Assembly: GCA_003635255.1 (NCBI GenBank)
Contig: PYJC01000170.1
Span: 2,500-66,499, forward strand
Direction: 5' to 3'
DNA from: Candidatus Poribacteria bacterium
Lineage (GTDB): Bacteria > Poribacteria > WGA-4E > WGA-3G
DNA length: 64,000 nt
Shown here: one piece after another, positions 45,633 through 55,713 of the stretch
Position numbering within the stretch: the first letter of the stretch is position 1
Layout: each line of letters begins with the position of its first letter
Translations under genes and position numbers: made by a program
Notes under the pieces: generated by a model
Told to the model about the DNA's origin: nothing
The model's database searches: none
What the model saw: the letters and a program-made list of their open reading frames with translations, nothing else

Positions 45633-47981
45633 CTACGCTGCTTTATCAGATCCAGTATCATCAATGTTACGCTTCAATTGTTGTAGAGGGATTCTCAAAG
45701 TAAAATTGCTTCCTTTTCCCTCTCGGCTTTCGACGCTAATTTCACCGCCATGCAACATGATGAGTCTGTGTGTTAATGCCAAACCGAGCCCAGTTCCCCC
45801 ATAACGTCGGGATTTCGACGTATCAATCTGTGTAAACGGCGCAAAAAGTTTCGCCTGATCCGCATCGGAAATGCCTATGCCTGTATCAATAACCTCGGCG
45901 CGAAGTTCCGTATCGCTGATTTCCAGATGCGTCGCAACCTTACCACCTTCTGGGGTAAACTTTACCGCATTGGACAATAAATTGTAGAAGACTTGCTTAA
46001 ATTTAACACGGTCGGCTTCAATCACGCAATTCCGGTTGTAGTCCAAGGTGAGCTCCAAATCCTTTTTTACGGCGAGCGCAGTAATAATCGCGTTCACTTC
46101 CTCGACAGCCTCCACAACGGAGAATTCCTCCAATTGTAGCACCATTTTTCCCGCTTCAATCTTTGAAAGGTCAAGAATATCGTTAATCATCTCAAGAAGA
46201 TGTTGACCACTAATATGGATGTCGCTGACACACTCTCGCTGCTCAGCATTGATTTCTCCAACAAGCTCATCTCGTAGGATTTCGGCGAACCCGATGATCG
46301 CATTCAAAGGTGTGCGCAGTTCATGACTCATATTCGCAAGGAAATCGCTTTTCGCACGACTCGCGTATTCAGCCGTCTCCTTCGCTTGCTGCATCGCTTT
46401 TTGCGTTTTTATCCGTTCTGTAATATTCAGTGCCATACTAATGCCAAGCTGTCTCTTATCCGGAAGTGTCCCAAGCAACGACGAACTAAACTCCCAAACC
46501 TGCCTTTCACCGGACTGGGTAATAATTACATACTCACCCTCCGCTACACGCTCCGTGGAACGGTACAACTGGGCAAGATGTGCTTTGACTTCCTCAGCTT
46601 CTTGGCTATGCGCTTGCGCCAGCCATTTTGAGATTGTCGGTATATCTTCGAGTGTGTAGCCTGTTAATTCTGTCCATGCCCGACTAATTTGCAGGACTTC
46701 ACCATCTTCAGCATGAATCATGATAGGCAGTGGCGCGTTCAGGACCGCGCGACGGAAACGTTCTTCACTATGTTGTAACTCAACTTCCGCTTGCTTTCGG
46801 TCCGTGATATTCGTTGATGCCATCACGAACCCAATGAGCTCACCGTCCTGTTGAATAGGACCGATACAGGAGGCATACCAATATCCACTTATCAGTCCCT
46901 GAACTTCATAGGTAGCTGGTTCACCAGTTTCAATTACCTTTGCGCAGGCTTCCTTGATGCGTTGGTGATGTTCTTCAGGCAGAAAATCAAAAACGCTTTT
47001 TCCAACGAGATCTTCAGGTTTTAATTCGAGGGTAGGGGGCAGTCGGTTGACAAATTGAAGGCGATAATCCAGATCGAGCGTTGAGATAATATCAGGTACG
47101 CTTTCAACAAGGGAACGCCAATTCGCCTCGGAATCCCGAACTGCTTGTTGCGCACGATAGTACTCGGTGATGTCCCTTGAAACGCCGCACGTGCCAATAA
47201 TACGACCCTCTCTATCGCGAATTGGCACTTTCGTTGTTGACACCCACGTATCTTGTTCATCGGGCCACGTCTCTTTCTCCTGTATCCCTTCAATCGGTTT
47301 CCCAGATGCGATAAGGTTTTGTTCGTCCTGGTACGCCTGTTGCGCATGCTCACGCGTAAAGAAATCAAAATCTGTTTTTTGAACTGCGTCCGCCGGATTT
47401 TTTAATCCGAACCGGGCTGCTAAAGAACGGTTGATTCGGATGAATCGACTCTCTGTGTCTTTAAAATAAATATGGTCCGGGGTGTTTTCCATTAGGGTAT
47501 GTAACAAATCCGCCTCTTGAACATGTTTCGCTGCCAACTGTTGGAAACGAGCTTCACTCTCTTTCAACTTTGCTTCCAACCGCCTTTGTCGACTAATATC
47601 CGTTGCAACGACGTAACAAAACTGTTTTTGAGGTGCCTTTGTGGCGCGCCATCTTAACCACTTGTAAGATTCATTCTTGCACTGAAAGCGGTTTTCAAAG
47701 GTAACACTATCGCGTTCACCCGTTTCGACCCCCTCAATTTTGGCACGCGCATCCTGTCTGTCTTCTGGATGTATAAACGCATACCACGGCTGATTTTGGA
47801 GTTCCAACTCGGTGAATCCGACGGTATCTTCCCACGCGGCATTGAGAGGGACGAAGCCACCGTCACAACTGATACACCCAAACATATCTGTGGAAATCTC
47901 CAGAAAACAGTGAGAATCAATGGACGCCTCTGATAATATGTGCTTGTGAGTTGTGTCCTTAAGCGTCATGTCTGCCTCCAC
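45633..47981 (-). CDS. Cytoplasmic multi-PAS sensor histidine kinase (RsbK-like, no receiver domain)
   Basis: About 4-5 PAS repeats; HisKA MSHELRTPLNAIIGFAE; HATPase GGTGLGLAL. Confidence 0.85.
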   Translation of the reverse strand: MEADMTLKDTTHKHILSEASIDSHCFLEISTDMFGCISCDGGFVPLNAAWEDTVGFTELELQNQPWYAFIHPEDRQDARAKIEGVETGERDSVTFENRFQCKNESYKWLRWRATKAPQKQFCYVVATDISRQRRLEAKLKESEARFQQLAAKHVQEADLLHTLMENTPDHIYFKDTESRFIRINRSLAARFGLKNPADAVQKTDFDFFTREHAQQAYQDEQNLIASGKPIEGIQEKETWPDEQDTWVSTTKVPIRDREGRIIGTCGVSRDITEYYRAQQAVRDSEANWRSLVESVPDIISTLDLDYRLQFVNRLPPTLELKPEDLVGKSVFDFLPEEHHQRIKEACAKVIETGEPATYEVQGLISGYWYASCIGPIQQDGELIGFVMASTNITDRKQAEVELQHSEERFRRAVLNAPLPIMIHAEDGEVLQISRAWTELTGYTLEDIPTISKWLAQAHSQEAEEVKAHLAQLYRSTERVAEGEYVIITQSGERQVWEFSSSLLGTLPDKRQLGISMALNITERIKTQKAMQQAKETAEYASRAKSDFLANMSHELRTPLNAIIGFAEILRDELVGEINAEQRECVSDIHISGQHLLEMINDILDLSKIEAGKMVLQLEEFSVVEAVEEVNAIITALAVKKDLELTLDYNRNCVIEADRVKFKQVFYNLLSNAVKFTPEGGKVATHLEISDTELRAEVIDTGIGISDADQAKLFAPFTQIDTSKSRRYGGTGLGLALTHRLIMLHGGEISVESREGKGSNFTLRIPLQQLKRNIDDTGSDKAA

Positions 47982-48020
47982 AAAGGACGAGGTAGGCGTA
48001 TTTTGCGACTTGCACGTGAT

Positions 48021-48782
48021 TTAACTTGTTACCAAAACTGCACGGTTCGCGAGTTTGACAACGGTCTGTGTCGTACTTTGAAAAACAAGTTCGTACAACC
48101 TACCGTGATGGCTTGCACTTAACGCGATGAGATCGCAATCATTTTCCTCGGCGTTTTCCAAAATATTCGCTACCGTAAAACCCCGAGCGGTAAGGAAATC
48201 GGTTTGAACGTCATAGTATTTCAAATAGGCTTCCATCTGCTGCTTAATCTGTGTCGCTTCTGGCTGTGTACTTGAGAGGGCAAGTCCAAGGATACCCGCC
48301 TTGGTCAATTCTCCAATCTCCGCGACAAGCCCCAAAGCATGGTCAGAATAGGTATCTCCGTGATGGACAGCGAGAATTTTACGCAAAAGTGTACACTGTT
48401 CATGCACTACGATGATGGGTCTTGTGATATGCTGTAGAACATCGTCAATTTGGTTCTGAATAAGTTTGAGTCGACGTTTTCTGACATCTTCTGGAAGTCC
48501 AACAACAACAAGGTCAGCGGAATGCGCCTGTTCACAAATCATCTGCCGTGGGTTGCCCGCAATCGCCTCAACGTGGTAATCAAGAAAATCATAGAGCGAG
48601 CATTCCGCTTCCGTTCGACGGATAACAGTCGCTGCAACATCAGCATTTCCCCCATGGCTGCTGTCTTGAAAGAAAACGCACGATAGATGTGTACCTAAAA
48701 GCACTGCCAATTGACCAGCGTACTCAAAGGCATTTTTTTCGTAATCCGTATCGCCAATGGCAACGAGGATATTTTTAATCAT
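48021..48782 (-). CDS. Tandem universal stress protein (UspA x2)
   Basis: AAGGGG RBS; two Usp domains (ILVAIGD... and ILAVHHGD...). Confidence 0.75.
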   Translation of the reverse strand: MIKNILVAIGDTDYEKNAFEYAGQLAVLLGTHLSCVFFQDSSHGGNADVAATVIRRTEAECSLYDFLDYHVEAIAGNPRQMICEQAHSADLVVVGLPEDVRKRRLKLIQNQIDDVLQHITRPIIVVHEQCTLLRKILAVHHGDTYSDHALGLVAEIGELTKAGILGLALSSTQPEATQIKQQMEAYLKYYDVQTDFLTARGFTVANILENAEENDCDLIALSASHHGRLYELVFQSTTQTVVKLANRAVLVTS

Positions 48783-48881
48783 GAGACATCCCCTTATAGG
48801 TGCGAGGTAACCACACAATGCTGACAGGCTATCCACATCCCTTTAACACAAGGCACCTCGCGAACACGCTACAATCATAAA

Positions 48882-49232
48882 CTATGGATGGCGCAGCAAG
48901 GCGACAACAGCATCATCTTCGCTCTCAAAACTTTTGAAGACGGTGATTAATCGCGCCATGACAATCAAGTTTTTGACATGTTTGTTCACATTAATCACCG
49001 CAATCTTCCCTCCATGCGGATGAATCTCGGAATAAACTTTCATGAGTGCGCCGAGCCCAGAACTATCCATTCCGGTTACCCCTTTAAAGTCAAACACCAG
49101 TCTCGGTGGCGAGGTAAGCATCGCAAGCGTCTCCTCCACGGTTTTCGAGACTTCTTCAATACCCGGGGAGATAATCCTACCGCTCAGCCTAAAAATAACG
49201 ACCCCTTCTCTCTCAGACACGGTGATTGCCAT
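48882..49232 (-). CDS. Anti-sigma-factor antagonist (STAS), paralog 3
   Basis: ...GMDSSGLGALMKV...; 116 aa. Confidence 0.8.
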   Translation of the reverse strand: MAITVSEREGVVIFRLSGRIISPGIEEVSKTVEETLAMLTSPPRLVFDFKGVTGMDSSGLGALMKVYSEIHPHGGKIAVINVNKHVKNLIVMARLITVFKSFESEDDAVVALLRHP

Positions 49233-49365
49233 AATGCATGTACTGTTCCTAAAAACCTATGCTTTTCGGTACATATCTATGGAAAGCAATAGACTTTTAG
49301 AGGGATCCTACCCCCTGTTACGAACACCGTCGTGTTCTAAGCCTGCCTACATCCAACTCAACCTG

Positions 49366-50592
49366 CTACGTCGCAGAAGATGTAAACGACTTACTTGCAC
49401 CAGGGTCCACGGTGCAAGGACGAACCGTCAAAGCACGCGCGACATTCTTAATGAATATCCCACGTGCGCCGTTCAAATCCCTATCCATACGATGACCTTC
49501 CGATGACTTGATAACCTTTGAACCCCCAAGGTTTGTGATAAGTTCGCCAGTCCAAGACACTGTTTTGGAAGTATACGCTTCACACACATCTATCACTTCA
49601 ACACCATATTCTTTCGCTTTCTGTTTCAAGAAAACTTTGAAACGATAATGTGAAAGGGTCAGCATCTGTCTAACAGATTTCTTTCGCAACTTCCGGGCAC
49701 CTCGCTTTGTCATCCGCTTCGTCTGAAAAGTTGGAAGCAGGATGATGTCAAAGTTTGTAACAAGAAAGTGTGCGACCTTCTTGTGAAGTTCATCGATAAG
49801 ATTACGGATTTTTACCTTTATTCTATTCGCGGCTTTACGCAAAACACGCCGTAGCGGGCGTTTCTCTTGCGTCGCACGCGATAAGAGATTATCGCAGTGT
49901 TGACAAAGCCTTTGAATGCGGTTGATACACTGCATACCTAACCAACCGAAGCAATCTTCACAGAAAAACGTCATAAAATCACGAACACCGGGGTCAAGTG
50001 CTACTATTCTAACGCTTGGTTCTCGCGTCTTTTTCTTCTCAACATACGGAACACAGAGAAAATAGCGTCCGTTTTCAAATACGAGTTGAGAATCCTTGAC
50101 CTCTGCATCTGTATCACGTTCTGAAACCTTACCTTTTCCTTGAGGTTTCGCTGGTAAAGGTTCTGACAGTTTCATCTCGCCTAAGAATCGGGTATAGAAC
50201 CCATTTTCTTTCAGAGAGTCCGCACGCAGATAAAGCGTCTGTTTGCGTTTTCTTGACCGAAACGAAACCTTTTGAAACTCACCCGTTTCTTTACATTTGA
50301 CTTTAGCACTTTTGACCGCCTGACACGCATCCATCACCGCTCCCACTTTTATCTGGCGTGGCGTTTCCGCGTGCCAGCCAGGGAGTTCGTCAAACACAAG
50401 GGGCACAAGCTTCTTGAAACTTCTTGGTGTGTCTTTTCGATCCAATAAACTCACTGAAGCGTTATACACATACCTTGAAGTCCCAAACCATTTACGAAGA
50501 ATCGCCTTCTGTTCCACTGTCGGAAAGATTTCTATCTTCTTTGATTTGGTCACGGTATCGCCGGAGTCCGGACATTCTACAGGAAAAGACAT
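49366..50592 (-). CDS. tnpB: TnpB-like (OrfB) RuvC-fold protein of the IS607 element
   Basis: IEIFPTVEQKAILRKWFGTSRYVYN N-terminus; RuvC-I ALDPGVRDF; RuvC-III MDRDLNGARGIF; the usual C-terminal CxxC...CxxC and the RuvC-II Glu are not evident (noted in findings). Confidence 0.7.
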   Translation of the reverse strand: MSFPVECPDSGDTVTKSKKIEIFPTVEQKAILRKWFGTSRYVYNASVSLLDRKDTPRSFKKLVPLVFDELPGWHAETPRQIKVGAVMDACQAVKSAKVKCKETGEFQKVSFRSRKRKQTLYLRADSLKENGFYTRFLGEMKLSEPLPAKPQGKGKVSERDTDAEVKDSQLVFENGRYFLCVPYVEKKKTREPSVRIVALDPGVRDFMTFFCEDCFGWLGMQCINRIQRLCQHCDNLLSRATQEKRPLRRVLRKAANRIKVKIRNLIDELHKKVAHFLVTNFDIILLPTFQTKRMTKRGARKLRKKSVRQMLTLSHYRFKVFLKQKAKEYGVEVIDVCEAYTSKTVSWTGELITNLGGSKVIKSSEGHRMDRDLNGARGIFIKNVARALTVRPCTVDPGASKSFTSSAT

Positions 50593-51100
50593 GCAGAATT
50601 GCGAGGAGATCGGCAGTAAGTTCTTCCTCTGGGGAACCGAAAACAGTTTCGTCGAGAACCACGACTTCTCCACCGTTTTGTTCGACCAAGAACTGTATGA
50701 CTTCGCCGCCGAATCGGGCGAGTCGATCCCGATGGGCAACAACAAGGCGGAGTTTATCACCTCGCAAGATGCGTTCCAGTAAGGTTCTAAGCCCTTTTCG
50801 TTTGAAGTTGATACCGCTACCGAAGTCTTTGATGATTTCTGCTTCCGGGTAGTGTTTTTGCAAGTGTGCCACTTGGGACGCAAGATCGTCTGATTGTCCT
50901 TTTCCACTAACCCTGCAATATCCAATGGTAGTAATATCTGTTCGGGTTTGTGCATCTATAAAACTTTGGACATCATATCTACGATGTCCGCCTCCTGTTC
51001 TTATGCAGGTGATTGCTCCGGCACGTTCCATCCGACGCAGATGGTCTACTGTTATTCCGAGCGTCTGCGCTGCTTCTCGTGGGGATTTATAGTTTTTCAT
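50492..51100 (-). CDS. tnpA: IS607-family TnpA serine recombinase with an N-terminal MerR-like HTH
   Basis: HTH PREAAQTLGITVDHLRRMERAG; catalytic Ser region GYCRVSGKGQSDDL; 202 aa. Confidence 0.8.
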   Translation of the reverse strand: MKNYKSPREAAQTLGITVDHLRRMERAGAITCIRTGGGHRRYDVQSFIDAQTRTDITTIGYCRVSGKGQSDDLASQVAHLQKHYPEAEIIKDFGSGINFKRKGLRTLLERILRGDKLRLVVAHRDRLARFGGEVIQFLVEQNGGEVVVLDETVFGSPEEELTADLLAILHVFSCRMSGLRRYRDQIKEDRNLSDSGTEGDSS

Positions 51101-51233
51101 ACCCTAATTATACCACATAAAAACAGATTTATCAAGTTTTATCTATATTTATCAAGTTTTAGAAGTGTTTAGGAACTGCTCCTCAATACTACAGTCGGCT
51201 TCGATCATAGGCGCGTTCTCTTAATTTTGCTGA

Positions 51234-51581
51234 TCAACTCTCATTTGATAACCCAGAAACCGCCTCGTCCTCGTTTTCAAAATGCTCAAAAATACTGACG
51301 AGCCGGCTCCGGACAATCAGATTTTTGATGTTTTTTCCAACATGGATGACACCGATACGACCGTTCTTACGCGTCGCAGCGACATGCGCACCCATCAGGG
51401 TCCCAAGACCAGAACTGTCCATCATCGTGACACGCTCGAAATTGATGAGGATACGCGGCGCATCAGAAGCATCAATCTGAGACGTGATAACGTCTCGTAA
51501 CTCTGATACGGAAGACCCCATTATTTTCCCATTCGGTTCCAAAATCGCAACGCCATCTTTTTGGCGAATCGTAGTTGCCAT
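51234..51581 (-). CDS. Anti-sigma-factor antagonist (STAS), paralog 4 (closest to paralog 1)
   Basis: AAGGAGA RBS; MATTIRQKDGVAILEPNGKIMGSSVSELR...DSSGLGTLMG. Confidence 0.8.
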   Translation of the reverse strand: MATTIRQKDGVAILEPNGKIMGSSVSELRDVITSQIDASDAPRILINFERVTMMDSSGLGTLMGAHVAATRKNGRIGVIHVGKNIKNLIVRSRLVSIFEHFENEDEAVSGLSNES

Positions 51582-52014
51582 GAATTTTCTCCTTACTTTA
51601 TTGTTAGAAAATTGAGTATACCAATCCACTCTCCTAATTTTATACTATTTTCAAACTATTTGTCAACCTGCAATTTTTAAGTGAGTGCAATATTTCGGTA
51701 ACTGGTTGTCAGAACCGGGATTTTCAGCCGGATGTCAAGCAGAAAGAATTGAAACGTGTATGTAGTTAAAACATTGCGGTAGGACAGTAGAAAGTGGTTT
51801 AATATTCGTTAAGTATCCTCATGAAAAACGGCACTTTATCGATAAAAATGGGCTTCGAGGTATGATTCCCGTTTATGTCTTATCAATCTGGGTTGGCATT
51901 TGCTTTACCGGATGTAGTATAATCGTACTGAGAGTGAAACTTGTCGGATTAGTTAATTTCTCATAGATTTTCGTTCAACTCACCTTGATACTAATTAGAA
52001 CAGGAAGGTAGGCA

Positions 52015-54291
52015 ATGTTTTCAGGAGTCATAACAGAAATTTACAAAAAAGTTTGTGAATCAACTGAGAAAAAACACTACGAGTTAAAAGCAGACATCGG
52101 AAATGCTTCTCACGAGTACAATAAGAACTACAGAGAGCGTCATGGACAGGTCAAAGTCTTCTGTGTAGGGATGCGGAAACCTATACCGCTTGACGATGTT
52201 TATGTTGGAGTTCAGTTTTTAGATGAGCACACGGCATCACGATATAGGTCGCCTGAAGAAGTTGAGCAAGAGTTCCGAGACAGAAGTTGGTGGCATTTCG
52301 CTTTAACTTCGGATGAACGCCAAGATGGAAAACAAGTTGCCAATGACGAACAGTATCTAATGTTGCTCGGTGGGCCTGGTGTTGGAAAATCAACTTTTCT
52401 CCGAAAAGTCGGACTTGAATCCTTAAAAGGAAAAGATGGGAGTTTTGCACACGAATGCATCCCGGTCTTCCTTGAACTAAAGCGATTCACGGAAGAGCAA
52501 ATTGATATTGAAGTCCTGATTACCCAGGAGTTTGAGACATGTGGTTACCCTTATCCCGATCATCTGGCGAACGCTGCGTTGAAATCCGGTAAACTCTTAA
52601 TACTCTTTGATGGGCTTGACGAAGTGCCAACGGCGAATGTTGACAACGTTATTCGTAAAATTGGAGATTTCGTCGATCAGTATAGCCAAAACCGCTTTAT
52701 TGCTTCATGCCGTACAGCAATATATAGAGGAGGGTTCACACGGTTTACAGAGGTAGAGATGGCAGACTTTGATGATTCACAGATTGAGACATATATCAAA
52801 AATTGGTTTGATTCAACCCCTCATCAATATCGGTATCAACTTGACAAGGAAATGAAAACTGCCGAACAGTGCTGGAAGGCATTGAACACAATAGGACATC
52901 ACGCGACAAAAGAGTTGGCACGTAATCCGTTATTGCTCACGCTTCTGTGTATGGTTTACGACAACTCACAAAACTTCCCGCAAAATCGGGCGGATCTCTA
53001 CGAAAAGGCACTCAGCATATTTATCGAGGAATGGGCGGCTGAAAAGCGAATCCGTCGAGAAGAATCAATCAGTCAGTATCTGGACATTGCGGCTGAAAAG
53101 CGAATGCTTTCTGAAATTGCGGCGAAAAATTTTGAAGTAGACCGTCTTTTTTTCGGTGAAGGCGAAATCCTTGCACAGATTCGAGAATTCGGTAAAGGGA
53201 ATGCCAATACACCCCCAACGTTTAATGCCTCTAAAATCTTGGAGACAATCCTTGTTGATCAAGGACTTTTTGTCGAGAGAGTCAGAGGTTCTTACTCTTT
53301 CTCTCATTTGACGTTTCAGGAGTATTTAACGGCGAATTATATTGTGAGGGATACGCGATCTATTAGAGGATTGGTAAAGAAGCATTTACATAATGAACAG
53401 TGGAGAGAAGTCTTTTTGCTGACATCCGGTCTGATGCATGAGGCAGACGATTTGCTTGTGGCGATGGAAGCGGAAGCCGCTAAATCCATAAATACCGATG
53501 ATAAAATCAAATTGTTGTTGCGCTGGGCAGAACGGATCACAGACACCACAGACAACCAACATAGTGGACTCGACCAGCGCGCCTTTGCAATCAATCAATA
53601 TCTTGTTCTGAACCAACTGAATAAGTTCCATGAAAAGGTTAAGTATAAAACTGAACAATCTCAAGACTCTGATCTTGGCGAAGTCTCTTACAACTTCCAT
53701 GGAAACCTCAACTACCTCTCCTCTGACTTCTATATCTATGACATCTACGGAGACATCAGTTCCTCCGTTGACATTTACAAGGACCTCCTCCACTACCGAG
53801 ACCTTTACCCTGACCTTTACCTCTATTGCAACCAAGCCCATTCCTTTGATGCCGTTCTACTTTCCTATTATGATTTTTACCATTACTTGGATGTGGCTTT
53901 CCACTCCTCTAACTTCTCTAAATTTGGAGAAAAGTTCGACAGGGAATTGAGCAAACGGATAAAAGTTGTCAGATATATAAAGGAAACAAAAATTTTTGAA
54001 GGCGTAGATTTACAGCGGATGGTTCAACGGTTTAATGAAGAGCAGGAATTCATCAAAGCAGCAGGTGAAAGGAAATCTGTTAAACCGCCAGCGGAGTCTA
54101 TTCACGACACATGGCTTTCTGTTTTGGGTATTACCAACGACATGCTCATAATTTCAGACGAGGAGTTGGAGAGTTGTCTTCGGTATCTCCGCGCAGTAAA
54201 ACTCATCGTTGCGTGTAAAGAAGCAGCTGGGCGTGTTTCACCTAAAGTATGGCAGAAAATTGAGGAGAAACTTCTGGTTTCAAGGACATAA
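52015..54291 (+). CDS. NACHT-family STAND NTPase (bacterial NACHT, likely antiviral) with a C-terminal D-x-Y-rich repeat region
   Basis: Walker A LLGGPGVGKST; Walker B LLILFDGLDEV; the C-terminal IYDIYGDISSSVDIYKDLLHYRDLYPDLYLY region. Confidence 0.75.
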   Translation: MFSGVITEIYKKVCESTEKKHYELKADIGNASHEYNKNYRERHGQVKVFCVGMRKPIPLDDVYVGVQFLDEHTASRYRSPEEVEQEFRDRSWWHFALTSDERQDGKQVANDEQYLMLLGGPGVGKSTFLRKVGLESLKGKDGSFAHECIPVFLELKRFTEEQIDIEVLITQEFETCGYPYPDHLANAALKSGKLLILFDGLDEVPTANVDNVIRKIGDFVDQYSQNRFIASCRTAIYRGGFTRFTEVEMADFDDSQIETYIKNWFDSTPHQYRYQLDKEMKTAEQCWKALNTIGHHATKELARNPLLLTLLCMVYDNSQNFPQNRADLYEKALSIFIEEWAAEKRIRREESISQYLDIAAEKRMLSEIAAKNFEVDRLFFGEGEILAQIREFGKGNANTPPTFNASKILETILVDQGLFVERVRGSYSFSHLTFQEYLTANYIVRDTRSIRGLVKKHLHNEQWREVFLLTSGLMHEADDLLVAMEAEAAKSINTDDKIKLLLRWAERITDTTDNQHSGLDQRAFAINQYLVLNQLNKFHEKVKYKTEQSQDSDLGEVSYNFHGNLNYLSSDFYIYDIYGDISSSVDIYKDLLHYRDLYPDLYLYCNQAHSFDAVLLSYYDFYHYLDVAFHSSNFSKFGEKFDRELSKRIKVVRYIKETKIFEGVDLQRMVQRFNEEQEFIKAAGERKSVKPPAESIHDTWLSVLGITNDMLIISDEELESCLRYLRAVKLIVACKEAAGRVSPKVWQKIEEKLLVSRT

Positions 54292-54321
54292 AGAACACGC
54301 GAAGTTCTCACATCCGAAATA

Positions 54322-55713
54322 TCAAGGCACCCACAAAACAGATTCCAACCAACCAATAGCCGTCTGTTCGTCTTGTTCAATGGCGATTTCGACTGCCCGC
54401 TTTGCACATTCCAAAAGGTCTTTAGCGTGCTTGCGTAAGTTAAAGGATTCGACGACTTTTTGTCGGATTTCATACTGCTTATCGGTTGTGATGAATGGGA
54501 TAACGATTCTACTGAATTCCTCCCTATTGATTGCTGTAAGGATTGTTCCGCTACACCCTTTCTTGAGTTGTAACTGACCTACGCTACTTTTCAAAAACAC
54601 CAATAAAGTTTCCGAATTAAGTACATCCGAATGGATAGCATGGAATCCAGTTGAACATAGGGCATTATCATATTCCTCTGTTACCAAGGCTATACTTTCC
54701 AGTGAACCTTCAACAGATGAAGCAATAACATCTCCTGTGTTCACCTTACATCGCGCTCTACTTGGCAAGTCTTGTCCTTGTGCTACCATACAATCCTTTA
54801 TTTCTCCACTGCTCCCAATATCGGCAAGTTCAATATACTTGTATTCCGTTTCAGGTTTAGGTTTGAAATTGCTATCTTTTAAATGGACTTGATTCGCAAC
54901 CGTGCCCCAACCCCCCGGATAACTTTTAATGGCACTGATAATATCATCGTATCTTGGCTGGAAGTAATCTGCGTCAATGCGCTCTGCGCGTTGCATGCTT
55001 GCATAATCCGTGGCAAAGGCTAATCTGTGCTTCGGTTGCCAATCGGCGAGTCCGAGTTCGCTAAGGAGAAGGGTTTGGGTTTCGGCATACCGCGTCTTTG
55101 ATAATTCCATTAGTTCTTTTGATCGGAGATAGGCTTTCTCTATCTTCGTTTGAAGGTCTTCCCAACTCGGTACAGGAATTTGATACAAAAAAGCCGGAGC
55201 AATATGAGGTTGTGCACTACCATATTTTCCTCTCTCTACTAATGCCTCACCATACTTAGTATTAAGGAAAATAGTGAGAAAGAAAGGGTTTAAGTTTCGG
55301 CTCCGGATAATAAGGGTATCGGACATTGATATAGCAGGATTATTTTCAAGATAGATTGCACATTGACCTACATTTGCGCCGGATCGCATTATCAGAATAT
55401 CTTTGTAATGTATCGTGTTTTCCTTCAAACGTTCTGCGTCTTCTTCCGATATATAGACCGGATTCGCTGTCAGATCAATGGAGAGCGGACGCACATTTTG
55501 CCCTCTTAATAACAGTACGCCATTCTCCACATAATTTCGCTTGATCTCTTTAGGGTGTCTGATGTTGACCTGAAAATCAATGAGTTTGCGCGAACCAATT
55601 GCTTCAAGTCGGCGTCGAATCGCTAAATAATCAGGTCGAAAAAACTCCGCATCAAACCGCAGAGAATGGGAGGCATCCACTATAGATTGGTAATCAACGG
55701 TAGAATACTGCAT
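54322..55713 (-). CDS. hsdS: Type I restriction-modification specificity subunit (two target-recognition domains)
   Basis: 463 aa; duplicated TRD/conserved-repeat architecture; start overlaps the stop of the upstream gene. Confidence 0.75.
   Translation of the reverse strand: MQYSTVDYQSIVDASHSLRFDAEFFRPDYLAIRRRLEAIGSRKLIDFQVNIRHPKEIKRNYVENGVLLLRGQNVRPLSIDLTANPVYISEEDAERLKENTIHYKDILIMRSGANVGQCAIYLENNPAISMSDTLIIRSRNLNPFFLTIFLNTKYGEALVERGKYGSAQPHIAPAFLYQIPVPSWEDLQTKIEKAYLRSKELMELSKTRYAETQTLLLSELGLADWQPKHRLAFATDYASMQRAERIDADYFQPRYDDIISAIKSYPGGWGTVANQVHLKDSNFKPKPETEYKYIELADIGSSGEIKDCMVAQGQDLPSRARCKVNTGDVIASSVEGSLESIALVTEEYDNALCSTGFHAIHSDVLNSETLLVFLKSSVGQLQLKKGCSGTILTAINREEFSRIVIPFITTDKQYEIRQKVVESFNLRKHAKDLLECAKRAVEIAIEQDEQTAIGWLESVLWVP

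Larger units (their letters stand above)
49240..51180 (-). mobile_element. IS607-family insertion sequence (tnpA serine recombinase plus tnpB), boundaries approximate
   Basis: MerR-HTH serine recombinase and a TnpB-like ORF that overlap by about 100 nt; subterminal direct repeats atttatcaagttttat x2 at 51131-51165; no terminal inverted repeats, as expected for IS607. Confidence 0.7.

Noticed and set aside
50592-50955. N-terminal 121 codons of the listed 529-aa tnpB ORF
   Set aside because: This stretch is in a different frame over the 3' half of tnpA, and the sequence (MHKPEQ...) is low-complexity. The conserved TnpB N-terminus (KIEIFPTVEQ) begins just after Met122, so the gene was trimmed to 49366-50592.
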